Source: Tubulanus polymorphus (taxonomy: Eukaryota > Animalia > Nemertea). Taken from it: DNA of 64,000 nucleotides. A program made the translations under genes and the position numbers. The notes under the pieces are model-generated. The model made no database searches. It worked only from the letters and a program-made list of their open reading frames with translations, and was not told the DNA's origin. Below, in pieces: positions 1-13,181 of this stretch (the first letter of the stretch is position 1; each line of letters opens with the position of its first letter). Where the stretch lies: positions 21,365,101 through 21,429,100 of the forward strand of contig NC_134025.1 in NCBI RefSeq assembly GCF_964204645.1. The letters are read 5' to 3'.

Positions 1-91
1 AGTGTGTCGGGCAGGCTAAGGATTAAATGATATACCTGGTTTACAGACCAATCAGTGGAATTTTACACTTATGTGCTCTAAATTCCTAGTA

Positions 92-249
92 CAGTAGACT
101 CTGCCTACAGCGGTACCGGTCAGTGCGGTAATCCGCTCAAATCGGTACGATAATAAAAAGATTTTCAGTCCCTGCTGCTGTTTATGTGTTTAAAATCTCT
201 ACCAATAATTTTCTGGTCCTGGAACGACCGCTATAGGCGGAGAATACTG
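92..249. mobile_element. Tc1/pogo-type MITE
   Basis: Imperfect TIRs CAGTAGACTCTGCCTACAGCGG / CCGCTATAGGCGGAGAATACTG, flanked by TA on both sides. Confidence 0.65.
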
Positions 250-1561
250 TAAGTCTTATTGGACAGTTAACTATTATATCTCAGACCATTCAGATTGGCA
301 TTCATCGGCATTCGACACCACTATTCTTATTACTGGCCTTAAAATTTGTTTTGATATCCTAGACTGATCCGGCTGGTATAAAATAGCGCATGTGTAATTA
401 ATTGGCTTCGGATTTTTGTATATTAATGGTACAATTTAGTAGCATGTGGAATATTCCATCTACGTCCATCATATACACACAGTATATACATGTATATATG
501 TCTATATATACCAGGTATATTATTCTTTTTAGCTCGCTGGATTTGTGCTTGTAAAAAAAAAGAAGATTCGATCTAATCATGATTAAATGTGCAAATTCTG
601 TGTCTAAGATCCCTCGATTAATATGTGAATGTCTGTGCTGAGATTGGAAGTACACAACCAGTACGACTCGTAATTCTTTCAAAGTTCTGCTAGAATTGAT
701 ATTATTGCGGGCAGGTCAAAATCGATAAGATGCTTTGTCGAAAGAGTTCAAAAATTTATGAATGGTGAGAAATGAGATTTTTCTTCTCACGGATATTCCT
801 TACTAGTTTTTTGTGTGCAAAATTTTGCTATTTCGATTTTAGCCCACTAGGGACTCGTTCATCGGGAGGCATTATTCAATATTGTAATTTGCCAATGACC
901 AAGCATTTCGCCGAGTAGGCATCGGGTCCCCAGCACCCCTCGTTTTTTATGAAGTCGCCCACTTCGGGGACAGCTACTTATTATTTTGTTATAGTCTACT
1001 AACTAGTACTTGTTAAGATATACGATTTTCAGACTTTATCAGTTGAATGCCTTGCGTTGATATTCTTATAATATGCTTTTCTAGAACTAGAAAATTCAGT
1101 TGATTTTTTGATACCGATTTATGAATTTTTACGAAATGCTTTCGGCGCTTTTCTTCTAGTAAAAAAAGTAAATGACTGAAATACTTTTATAATCGTCGAA
1201 GCTATAATCGTCGAAGCTATACGGAAGCCATTGTTACTCAAATGTTTCGCGTTGTTGCATGTGGATGAACTACCGAAAACCTGTGCGTGTTATAAGAATC
1301 GGTTTCATGAATCGGAACCATCTGCTGCCCGGGTGGCATGTGTCTCGCGCAAATTTCATTCATTTTATATAGATCCGATTCTTCGAAAATCCATCAATTA
1401 TCAGACTGAATTTTCACCGCTATACTATACCTACTCTCCTCCGTGCTATAGAAGTTTTACAGCGGACTCTGCTGTTAATTTACTGTAATTTGCTTTTACA
1501 GACGTCAATCAATCTGAAGCCTGAACCCATTATTTCAGAAATTCGATACTTTATCACTGTT

Positions 1562-1819
1562 CAGGGGCGGATCCAGGATTTTCTAGAAGGGCGGTTGCTC
1601 TGCTGGTCATTCCCCCTAAGATTTGAGAAAAACTAGTCTAAATTTTATGCATTCCGAGCATTTTTTTTTTGGCAAATTGCCTGATCATCTCATATACTCA
1701 ATATGAAGCTTCTACTTTTAAATGTAACTTTGTAAAACTGAAAATAAACAGGACGAAGGAAATTTCCAAATGGGGTGGGCTGTTTCGGGTGCCCCCCCCC
1801 CCCCCTGGATCCATGCCTG
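1562..1819. mobile_element. MITE of the CAGGGGCGGATCCAGG TIR family
   Basis: TIRs CAGGGGCGGATCCAGG / CCTGGATCCATGCCTG. The same terminal motif recurs at ~19301-19318 and at 58147/58670. Confidence 0.6.
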
Positions 1820-2869
1820 CAGTTTTTCCCAATTTAGATTATCTACGCTTCGCTTGTCTTCGGGACATCACCGTAGACGTTTGTAATCGAAAGTAATGAG
1901 AATCGTGTATTTTCGATATTGGTCATAACAACAATTTCTCCAAAAGTAAAACAACTACACCGGTAAATGTTTGAAGGGTCAGACCGCTGATTGATTCCTG
2001 CACTAAGCCACGTATACCGATTATGCGTTTCGGAAAAATGGAGTCTGCTGTAGACATCACTATGTGATTGTATATCTCTGTGAAAAAATCCAATGACTGG
2101 TGATAATGATATTTGTTTCACTATTATTTGAAATTTTATATAGTTTTGTTGTAAAGATTATTGAATTTTTTTTCTCTATTCATGTTTTTAACGCGCGCGA
2201 ACATTGTTTTGTATGTTAGTATGTATGGATGTATGTAAAATCTAACTTGAGTGTGGTGTAGGTGCAAGGAAATGTTTAAGCTCTGCTTTTAAGATAAAGA
2301 AAATTCTCAGGAATCGTTAATCTTCATAAATTTTGTTACATTCTTGTCTAATGTTACAACAATTTGGTATTGAAAATTGCGCATTGTACTGTTGAGGCTA
2401 GAAAATCGATACCTTGTTTCTCATTTCCGCTGAGCTTATCTACGCGGTACATTACTATTTTAAGATCATGATCAAGCTTACCATAACAGATCCGGCAGCT
2501 ATAGGAATGAACTGATTACAAATTTTATTGCAGTTTACAAAAAATGACCCGGCCGATTAACAAGGCATCATTTTTTGCTTAATTTCATAATCTCTTTGAA
2601 AAACGAAAAGATCATCTGAATTTCGGAGTTTTCAAATATGATAATGAATCGATTTTCTGGTTGTTTTGATACTGAATGAAAATAGCTCTCATTAAGACTG
2701 ATCAGGCTTTTATGCTGGTTTTTTCAGCTCTGCACATGTATATAAAGTACATGGATCACTTGTACCCCACGAACTGTTATGTAAGTGAACTGTCGTCCTG
2801 GAACTTGGTCCGTCGTTAACTTTCAACTCAGTTGAAAAAAATAGTTGAATCTGGTTTATAAAACATCAG

Positions 2870-2987
2870 GGCCCGGCTTTATAGACTGGTGTTATCTTTA
2901 ACCCGGGGGGGGGGGGGGTAACTTAATCGCAAATGAATTGAGTTTGCCCTCCGTGTTAAAGATAATACTAGTCTATAAAACCGGGTC
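2870..2987. mobile_element. Foldback MITE, PIF/Harbinger-like
   Basis: ~40-bp imperfect inverted repeats (GGCCCGGCTTTATAGACTGGTGTTATCTTTAAC / GTTAAAGATAATACTAGTCTATAAAACCGGGTC) with a 3-bp CAG direct repeat on both sides. Confidence 0.65.
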
Positions 2988-3072
2988 CAGTACTATTGTA
3001 TTATGGTTACCGTAGAAAACGTGTGAAATAGCCACCGGAAAATCAGTTTGCCGAAACGAATATTTGGTTGTA

Positions 3073-3234
3073 CAGTCTAATCTGCTGTATTCAGATCGGA
3101 TTTGATCTAATCAGGACAATATTTACAGTCCATTTGTTCATTGATATAAAAGAAAATGACCTTTAATCCGGATTTGCTGTAAACTGGATGAATTTTGTTG
3201 GTCGCGAATGATTCGAATTAAGCGGATTCTACTG
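3073..3234. mobile_element. Degenerate Tc1/pogo-type MITE
   Basis: TA|CAGTCTAATCTGCT ... AGCGGATTCTACTG|TA. Confidence 0.5.
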
Positions 3235-3460
3235 TATTCATTTTAAGTGCTTCGAAATAAATTGTTTCAGCCTAATACGTTAAGACGTGGTTGGTTCCAC
3301 TATAATATTATTATTCATCGTATTACTATTAAAATATTATATATATTTATTAGTTTGTAGTCGCAAGAGAAAACCGTACGAAGTATGCCTTATAAAGAGA
3401 CAATATCATAATTATATTATTCAGATTATCATTATGTTAGTGTTACCCTAGTCGATGATA

Positions 3461-3486
3461 ACAAAAACCAAGATTTTATTTGCCGG

Positions 3487-3564
<78 letters not shown>

Positions 3565-3611
3565 ACAAAAACCAAGATTTTATTTGCCGGAAATTGTATA
3601 TATATATACAT
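3461..3611. repeat. (TA)n microsatellite inside a ~31-bp direct duplication
   Basis: ACAAAAACCAAGATTTTATTTGCCGGAAATT occurs before and after a ~70-nt TA run. Confidence 0.9.
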
Positions 3612-5777
3612 ATATACCAACCGACACCCAGTTTCGGTTTGAAGTTATGGAAGTATCCATCGAATTACGTACACTATCAAAAATTAGTTCATTTTACGAT
3701 GACTCCATCCTCCCTCGGCTGGGATTCGAACCAGATGGCATCGCTACACTCAGCAAATCTCGATGCCGTCGGGTTCGAATCCTTGCCGGGAGAGAACTGG
3801 AAATGGAATCGGAGTTATTTTGAGTTAAAAATTTTTTTAGTGTATATTGCGTTATAGTTACATAGCTTGAAAATATTATAGTGCAATATAAGAATAATTG
3901 AAGTGTTGTTATTGATTTTGATTAAAGAACGACATCGGCTAAATTATTATATATGTAATTGTAGAATGATAAATGATGGATGCATGCAGCATGGTTGATG
4001 ATGATGAGCGCTCTCTGGTATATTTTGTTATGTCCGATCAGATGAGCATTGAATGTGTAGTAAACCAAATAAAAAACAAAACTTGTACACCTGCTGAAAA
4101 AATGTTTTTCGTTGCGTTTGCATGGCGGAAGGAGAGTTTCTTGGAAACTCAATCGCGGAAAAAGAGGACGCACCTAAATCGATTTGACAATTCGGCTTAA
4201 CAATGGACTCGAACATTCTTTGTTGGCCACTCTATCCGAGCTTAGAGTAATCATTTGACAAGTATTACTCAAAGATCAGAGCCCCACGTAGTTTTTGGGG
4301 TAACGCATTTAAAGCCCGAAGACCCTTTAGACGTACGGAATTTCCTGGCGTCTTCTATTTCAGGCGAGGATGTGTATACTGCTAAAAAAGACGACGGAGA
4401 AGATAATTGAAGTGACAGTGAAATTACGCGCACTCACCGGGTTCGAACCCGGGTCTCGTACTTCTGCCATCATCCCCGGCAGGCGTAGCTTAGGCTTGCC
4501 ACAGTATACCAATATAACTTGAGTCTGGTAGCATCAGAAATGATCAACGGATGACGCACGAAAGAAATAAGAATGGTGACTGAATTTCAAAAGCGAGGTA
4601 TGATGATCCTTTTGTTTCAGAGTCGCCCCACTTTTTGCTTAACAAACATTTTTATGCTTTTTTCAAAAGCACACTGTACCGCGTAACAGCTCGTCGTTCT
4701 CTGTACTAGGTGGTTGGCTCACGACTTCTTATGCTTCTGTGAATGAGACCGTGAAATGACCCCAAAACGCATCTCCGGCGATTGAATTTTCAAAATTTTT
4801 CTGGGGGAGGGCCCCCTGACCACCCTTTAGAAATAAGCCTCTCCACTGAAAAATTCCTTCCGACGGCTCTGTTTATACACACGTTTTAAACCTATTGTTA
4901 AGACAAATTAATGCCGAGGAGATAGAATAAGAGTATAAGGGCCTAGGATTAATCCTTGGGATCACCGTGGTGAAGTGTGCATCGGAGGGAATTGAAAGAT
5001 ACACATGGCCAGTTTTAATGGTGTGACTCTTAGGACCAGGTTGAGAATATGCATATCGTATCATCTCACCACACGAAAGAGAAAGGATTGCCACTAAGCA
5101 TGTACTTGGTCGAGTCTGAAAAACGACCGTAAGACATCAGCTATCTTCAAATAGGGCAAATCAGAAGGAAAAAATATTTATACTCATTAGTAATTCCTTT
5201 TTTATGTAATTGGAATTCATTCGGGTAAATAATTGAAAAAAATGCAATAGCCATGACTGTCTGTCAAGAATTCGATTAAAAATTGAATGTGAAGATTTCT
5301 TCACCCCGGAGACACTTACATTACTGATATACGTATATCTTGATTTTCCGTGAGATCCTAGGAATGATAAAACAATTTCCTAGTTGATATTTGTGACTTA
5401 ATGATATTTTTATCTGGTAAGTTAGCTGTGGTAAGTTAGCCTTGATCGGATGACCTTTTACACTCAGAGCGACTTTCACATCCAACGTCAAAAAGAATCG
5501 TAGTTTCGTGGAGTGCGAACGAGGAACTTTGTGACTTGAATTAGCCAAGTCAAATTATAACTGGTTTCAAAAGAATAGATTTACGAAGACTAACTTACTC
5601 ATAACTATCATGCAACGTTTATTTGTCAAAAGTTGTAAAAATTTCATCATTTTATTGTTGATCCTTTTTTTTCATTTACAATCGTGTACTCTAGATCTAT
5701 GATGAATAAAATTGATTTGAATTTTACCGGGATTTATTGTAGTACTAGATTACATCAAGTGAGTGGACCAGAAGATA

Positions 5778-7275
5778 TCAGCAGGAGACATGACCTTCCA
5801 ACTGATAACTGACAGCACGAGCTAAATGAAATAAATGTAAATGGCATAAATTTCTTACATTTTTCTTATTGTCTCTTTAATTGGCGTTATTCGATTCACA
5901 TGGCCATCTCACCTGGGCAAATGCTGCACATAAGCGGGCAATATTCCATGAGAACATTAGAATACCTGCAGTATCTTTACCCCAGCTGCCTCCTTGTGGC
6001 GCACAGAACTGCTTATCTGTGGCCTTGGAGCAAATAACTGAAATTAAATGAAGTTGATATTCCAGATTTCGGTTATTTATTTTCGGTGAACACCACCTCT
6101 AGAATTAAGGCTAAAACGAGAGATGCATATAATGCTTGTTTTCTTGTAGTAACCTGCATCATTACTTACTTCCACAATCGGGTTTTCGGAACCATTTTTG
6201 AGGAAAACACGCACATTCGCATGTATTCGGGTCCATGGGTGCTCCATTGAGACAGACTTTTTGTTGACAATCTGGATAAACGGAAAATGGTGAATGGTTT
6301 TTCAGGAGCCGCAAGAGTATCCTATACGATAAGCATTTCAGGGCATTATTTTTTGTTTTGCATGCTCATTCATTTCGTTTTATTTTAAGACAAGAACAAT
6401 CTAACCGAGATAGAACAAATACCCCTCAGTTCAGAAAAACTTACCGCATAAACCATTTTCAACCTTAGTATCGGGGCATTTCGAGCCTTGAGGACCTTCT
6501 TCGCATGGTTTTGTTTAGCCTTTCGAATTACCACTAAAAGTACCTAATTCTATCATATTCACCTCATACGTCGTAATTTTGCATTTACAGATTAAAGTTT
6601 ACGTTGGTCACTTACGCTCGTCCATAGTTGCACGTATATGCATTTCGTGGGCATTGGGCATTTCGCGAAACCACAACCAAGTCTAGTCGACGTCGTCACC
6701 CAAACGACCTAGTTACGTACACATGATTTTAGATATTAGAAATTCTTTCGTTTTCATCGATAAATCGGTTTTGTTATTCTGGATCAAACTGCAATTTGTG
6801 CAGACCTGTGTAAAATGACCGACCACGCCGCCTGTTGAACCAACGCCATACTTGAAACGTGCTTCTTCGCTAAACCAATAGTTAATAACGCTAGTCCAGG
6901 AGAGATATTCTGCCCGAGAGTGATTCGACCTTGAAACATTTCACATCTTTGCACCAAAACATTGTAGTATGTAATTTTTATGATTTATCACGGCCCATCA
7001 CCGGGAAATTGAATATTATTCTACGATTAAAACTAATACAAGCAATTCCTACTACTACGTATTGCTTTGAATCATAGAATTGGGGCGCATCTGACCTGGA
7101 ACATTTCTGTTCTTATTTGCATCGTGCACAACTTTACACGAATCGGCTAGTTTCTGGGCAATCATCGCAACTTCTATGTCCCAGTACTGCGTCAAAATTT
7201 GAAAAAAAATTGTATACACTGATGATTTTTTCTTGTATCCGCAAATAAAACGTACCAATTTCATCATTTTCGCAG
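5778..7275 (-). pseudogene. CAP/CRISP-ShKT paralog A: pseudogene interrupted by the Gypsy element, 5' exons missing
   Basis: Exons homologous to the intact paralogs: YWDIEVAMIAQKLADSC (~7095-7187), GRITLGQN..YGVGSTGGVVGHFTQ (~6806-6930), ShKT exon (~5912-6038), terminal ARAVSYQLEGHVSC* (~5778-5822). A frameshifting deletion follows GQNI and a 1-nt deletion lies in the ShKT exon (GATACTGC vs GATTACTGC). Only ~11 nt of the split exon remain beyond the 3' TSD (18093-18103). Confidence 0.85.
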
Positions 7276-7875
7276 TATTGGAGTAATAAATTACCTATTT
7301 AGACAGTGGGAAATAAGCCGGAGTTCAAGGCAGTAGTTGCGGTTAGCAGGCGACCTACGTGAATACTTACGTCACACATAAGAGAGAAGCATAGAAGATA
7401 GGTGAGAGTGACGTGGGTGTCTACGTGGGAAAGCTTGTTATAGCAGCAGCCTTGAGCTCTGGAAAGTTGAGTTATAAATTTAGCGCTCGTGACGTATAAC
7501 ACACGTAGAAATGATTTACATGGCCAGTAGGACTGTAGTAATAGAATAAGACGTCTCTGGCGATGAGGCCAAGCGGTGTGGAAATATACGTCACGAGCGA
7601 AGGAAGAATAAGTATAAAAAGGGAGGGTTTTAATGCAGTGGGGTCGAAAGCTTGGTCGGTAGAGCTGGGTCGGTTGAGCTAGTGGTTAGAACTAGAGGGG
7701 ACGTGCTAGGAAGATTGTAAGAAGAGAGTATAAGAATAAAGATCTGGATCGATAGAAGAAGCTAGTTGTAGTTAATTTATGAGAAGAACCCCAAGGAACT
7801 ACGCTGGTGAAACGCAAACAACGCAGGTGGTCAACACACGTCACCCGGACACTGGGAAAGAGGACCCCCACAACA
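7276..7875 (+). repeat. 5' LTR (TATTG...CAACA)
   Basis: Matches 17489-18088 with 4 substitutions seen by eye. TATAAAA at ~7614, AATAAA at ~7735. Confidence 0.97.
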
Positions 7876-7876
7876 C

Positions 7877-7894
7877 TGGTGGAGAATAGCGGCA
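7877..7894 (+). promoter_or_regulatory. Primer binding site, tRNA-Ala type
   Basis: TGGTGGAGAAT starts 1 nt after the LTR and is complementary to the 3' end (...ATTCTCCACCA) of metazoan tRNA-Ala(AGC). Confidence 0.8.
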
Positions 7895-8017
7895 GAATTC
7901 CGGTCTCGCAGCCAAGCTAGTGGTGAGTGATATTATACAAAACTTTGAATCGATTTATAAAAACTCTGGTTTATGTTTTATAACCAACCCGTTAAACGAA
8001 AAGCACAACTGTTGGGG

Positions 8018-8986
8018 ATGGCAAACGCGGGACAGCAACCGGCCGTGGGACCAGCCAATCCGGCTGTAGGACAAGACGACGACAATGATAGCGACGATGA
8101 AATAATCATTGTCCCGAAAGGCGTAAGCGGGCTGAAACCAGAACATTTTGACGGAACAAACGATCCGGAACCATGGTTAGACGCATTTTTACAATACGTA
8201 AAACTCATGGCATGGAGTGACCGTCAGATACTGAGGAGCTTTCCCTTGTTTTTGAGGGGAGAAGCTCGCTCTTGGTATTTAGGTGTCGATAAAGATAAAA
8301 AAACGCGTGTGGAATGATTTATTACAAGCGTTTAATCAGCGATATAATAACCCGGATCGAAAAATGCTAAAAACTCACCAGCTGAAACACATGCGCATGG
8401 TTTCAGGCCAAACAGTAGACAATTTCGCAGACGATGTTAAACGGAGAGCGAATGAATTGGAATTACCCGCGCATGTGACGTTGAGTACGTTTATTGACGG
8501 TCTCTCCGCGGACATTCGCAAAATCGTTTGGACGCAAATGCCAGAGGATCTGGACAAAGCCATCAAAATGGCTAGTAACGTAGTCCAGATGTTGAAACTA
8601 GATGGCCCTGGTGTTCATCAAGTCGAGACAGCCAACGCGGAGTGTGACGAACTGAAAACAAGAATAAATCAGCTAGAAATTAAACAACGAAAGGAGGAGA
8701 CGATGGCACAGGAAAGTCGGGCTCTTTTACGGGAATTCAACGACCGTTTGAAGCGATTACGTACGCGCGAAATGGAGCTACAAACAATAGATTTCGTTAC
8801 CCTACGTTTAGAGGTCGATGTTACAGGTGTAACATAATTGGACATATGGCTAGAAATTGCAGGGGGCCAGCGAAATCTACCTTTGCAACGGAAAATAGAA
8901 ACATCATTTGTTATCAATGTGGTTTACCTGGACATATTAGCAGATATTGCCGTCGGAATACGAATCGACAACAGCGGACTAATTAG
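8018..8986 (+). pseudogene. gag: Gag (capsid plus two CCHC zinc knuckles), two frameshifts
   Basis: LKPEHFDG..WL..F..LRGEARSWY capsid-like motifs. Frameshifts in an A7 run (~8300) and at ~8765. Ends CYRCNIIGHMARNC..CYQCGLPGHISRYC..TAG at 8984-8986. Confidence 0.88.
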
Positions 8987-9013
8987 GGCTGTAGCAAGGA
9001 TGGCTTAGGGTAG

Positions 9014-12000
9014 CTGTCCAGAGCTATACAAACAGAGAATGCCCAAGTATTGTATGAGGTAGGATCGGGGATAACGGGGGATAGTGGGCGCTCACAGACA
9101 AAATTGAAATCTCACAAACAAAACTTGACAAAGCAGAAAATTTTGAAAGAAAAACCAAAAGTATTATGCTCTGAGCACCCGCTATCCTTAAATTGTGTTA
9201 TTTTTGATGAACGGATGGATGTTTTGATTGATACAGGAGCAACTCGAAGTGTCATATCATATGAATACTTTTTAAAATTAAGATCCACGGTATTAGTAAC
9301 GCCGTTAGAATATGACGGTTATAAATATGCTACGGTAGCTGATGGGGGTACATTAGAAATATTCGGTATTGTTAAATTAAATCTTAAAATGGAATCAAGG
9401 GTTGTTACGCAAGAATTTCTGATATTAAGGAAATTGGCTCACCCATGTATTCTAGGCATGGATTTCATTAACAGTCAGGGTGTGGTTATTGACACTCCGA
9501 GAAAGCTCCTACATCTGTCATCCGGTCACTCAATACCTCTTCACGAGGGGGCAAAGGTACAATTACAAATTTGTATAGTAGCTAACGATACGGTCACAAT
9601 TCCGCCTGGTACACAGGTGCAGATAAAAGCAAAAATGAAGGGGACGGGAAGAAAGGACGGTGTAGGTTTTGTTCAACAGTCAGCTAGATTATGGGATAAA
9701 TATGGTATTATGGGTGCGGCTAGTATATCTAATATTAAAAGTGGGGTATTACCTGTGCAAGTTTGTAATCCATCAAATTATTCAAAACGGTTAAAAAAGG
9801 GTGCCATTTTAGGAGATGTTACTCTCATCGATTTAGATGCTCCTATCGCAGACGGGTCATATATGACAATTGATAGTGAAGGTATTTCCACGCCTCAACC
9901 TGAAAATCAAAACGATATATTAGATAGTGTGGAAACGGGAGACATATCGGTACAGCAAAAAGCTGATTTAAAATCATTATTGGAAGAATACAGAGATAGG
10001 TTTGCAGAAGGGATATTGGAGTTGGGAACCGCAAAGGGGGTTGAATGCAATATTGAGACTGAAAATGAGGTGCCTATTCGGTCACGACCATATCGGGTTC
10101 CATTAGCGTTGAGGGATATTTTAGATAAGCAGATTGATGAACTTAAAAAGCAAGGCGTTATTGAAGATTCAAATTCAAATTATAGTTCTCCCGCACTTTT
10201 GGTACCAAAACCAGATGGGTCATATCGATTGTGTATTGATTTTAGGCGATTAAATAAGGTATTAAAATTGCAAACGTTACATCCAATACCTCATATCTTT
10301 GACACCTTAACTATGTGCGGCACCGCTAGGCCAAAAATATTTTCTTCTCTAGATTTAAGAAGTGGTTATTTTCAGATCCCGATTTCACAAGAGTCTCGTC
10401 ACAAAACGGCGTTCGTAACGCCTACTGGTCATTACCAATTTACTAGATTACCCATGGGCATAGCATCGGCCCCTAGTATTTTTCAATCCATTATGGCTCG
10501 CCTCTTACATTCATTAGGACACTCTGTTTTGGTTTATTTAGATGACCTTTTAGTATTTTCTACGTGTTGGGAGGATCACTTACAACATTTACGCCAACTT
10601 TTTGAAAGATTACGGGTGGCGGGGTTGACACTTAAACCCAGCAAATGTTTTATTGCTCGACCAAACTGTAAGTTTTTGGGTTTCTATTTAGACGGGGATG
10701 GCATTAGAACTAATCCCGAGAAAGTAAATGTGATTCGAAACTGCCCTGTGCCTACAAATCAAACTCAAGTTCGGTCTTTCCTAGGGGCTGTTAATTTCTA
10801 TAGAAAATTCATTAAGAACTTTTCGGGGCGGGCACGACCATTGACACTATTGACGAGAAAGGGTATACCATTTCTATGGTCTGACGATTGTCAGAAAGCG
10901 TTTGATGACTTGAAACAGGCACTTATAACAGCACCCGTGTTAGCATATCCTTCTCTGGAACGCAAGTTCAAGGTTCACTGCGACGCATCAAATTTTGCGA
11001 TGGGATATTGTCTTGTACAGGAAGGAGACGACGGTCAAGAACACGTAATTGCATACGGTGGACGAGCGCTAACAAAACAAGAACAAGCATATTCCGCTAG
11101 TGAGCGGGAGTGTCTGGCGCTCATTTCAGCCATTAAGTATTATAAAGTATACCTGTATGGAAATCCTTTTACGGTGGTCACAGATCATAAAGCACTGTTG
11201 TGGTTAAAAAAGATGGAGGTCGATGGTCTCGCCTCAGGTCGGCTACAACGGTGGTGCATCTTCCTACAAGGATACCAATATGACGTTGAGTATCGGGCAG
11301 GAGTACAACATGCAGATGCGGATTTCTTGTCTAGATTAAGGTATCCAGAAATAGTGGCTGTTGACACAGGTAACGACGATATCTTGGTGAATTTGCCTAT
11401 GGAACAACGTAAAGATAATGAGTTACGACCTATCATTGATTACCTATTAGACGGATCATTACCAAAAAATGATCGTTTGGCACGACGAATAATCTTGTCG
11501 CACGAAAGGTTTATTCTGGACAACAAGGGTAGTCTTCAATACTTGCAACATTTAAATCGCCGCCAATCTGCTCACTTCTCTCCTTGCTATGTGATACCAA
11601 AACAACTTCGCTTACAAATCCTGCAAGAAACACATGAGGTTTTTGGAGGACACAGTGGCATCAAGTCAACGTATATGCGTCTGAAAAATAGGTATTATTG
11701 GAATGGTATGTTTAACGATGTAAAGGATTTCTGCTTACGATGTAATGTCTGTCAACGGAAAGGGTTGTCTGCAAAAGAGGCTACTAAGGTTCCAATGCAA
11801 ACGGTACGGGTGGAGCCAATTTTCCATAAATTTGCTATGGATATGGTGGGTCCCTTTCCGGTGTCTGACAAGGGGCATAAATATGTGTTGACATGTATTG
11901 AAACTTTTTCATCATATATGGAGGCATTTCCGCTTAAGACGGCATCGGCAGAAGGTTGGTGGATGGTATCATTTTGAGATATGGGATGTTTTCTACTATA

Positions 12001-13041
12001 CTTACCGACAATGGGTCAAACTTTATCTCAAAAGTCTTTCAACGAACGGCCATCCTCTTGGGGGGTAGAACAAAAACTACGTCCTCATATCATCCACAGG
12101 CGAATGGTGCTTTAGAAGTACAACATAGACAATTAAACAAATCAATAGCTAAGTTATTAGATGGACAAAGCCCGGGAAAGTGGGACTTATATCTGCAATC
12201 TGCGGTATTCGCAATGAATTCCTCAAATAATATCAATTCGACGTCATTCACGCCTTTTGAAATTGTTTTTGGGCGGATGCCTAAATTGCCCATGGAACTA
12301 GCCATATCAGCTCCAAAAAATGAATATGGGTCTCATGTGGCCTATTTTCAACACTTAATTAAGAAGATGGATATAGTACATGACATAGTTCGTAAGAATC
12401 GGGAACTGAGCAAAATAAAAATGAAGCAGCAGTACGATAAAAATGCTAAAGATATTCAGTTTGAAGTGGGGAGTAAGGTTTTTCTTTATTACCCACATTT
12501 GCCTACTGGGGCATCAAAGAAATTACATTCATTTTGGCTGGGCCCATATGAAATTATTGAAAAAATAGGAGAAGTTAATTACAGATTGAGAACGGATGAT
12601 AATCGAAAGGTTAAAACATTAGTTCCTGTAAATAGGTTGCGTCCGGTTTATGAATCTAAAAAACCGCCTACTTACGACTTACCGCAGACTATTGAAAAAT
12701 TAGATGACTTACCAGGGAACCTCGCCATGGATGAAATCGTTTTGCCCCATAAGAGTCGCCATGTCAAAATCGGCATGACGCCCGCAATTGAACCTCCTAC
12801 TTTGACGCAGAGGGACATGACGTTATCGAAGGGTCGCGAAAATATTGACGGGAAAGACGAGTCGATATACACTGTGTCTCGAATACTCAAACATAGAAGA
12901 CGGGGAGGCAGGTTGTATTATTATGTCGCCTGGGAGGGTTATACGGATAAGACTTGGGAACCGGAGGAGAATTTCTTGGATAGGTCGATCTTGACGGCAT
13001 ATCATCAGAAAGCCAAGAAAAGACGGAAACGACGTGCATAG
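9014..13041 (+). pseudogene. pol: Pol: protease, dUTPase-like spacer, RT, RNase H, integrase, chromodomain; one frameshift at ~11955
   Basis: LIDTGA, LPMG..YLDD, HCDAS/ERECLA/TDH, H..GHSG..C..C, MDMVGP/TDNG/ANGALE, WLGPY, and YTVSRILKHR..YYVAWEGY..TWEPEENF (chromodomain). The two ORFs (9050-11977, 11956-13041) are joined by a small deletion. Confidence 0.95.
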
Positions 13042-13181
13042 GATATTTGCCACGCACCCAACAGTTGTTGCGAAATTAATTAAGGATAATAGGAGAAATG
13101 AGTATGAGTATAAAGTTGCTGTGTTTTAAGAAATTGTTAGGAAATCAAGAAGTTATGATTTAAAATGTTGTTTTAGGAACC

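Noticed and set aside
3432-3857. YIYIYI ORFs
   Set aside because: Translation of a (TA)n microsatellite.
3715-4500. GGTTCGAA B-box motifs (~3722, ~3771, ~4440) as tRNA genes
   Set aside because: No cloverleaf can be built; at most these are SINE-like remnants.
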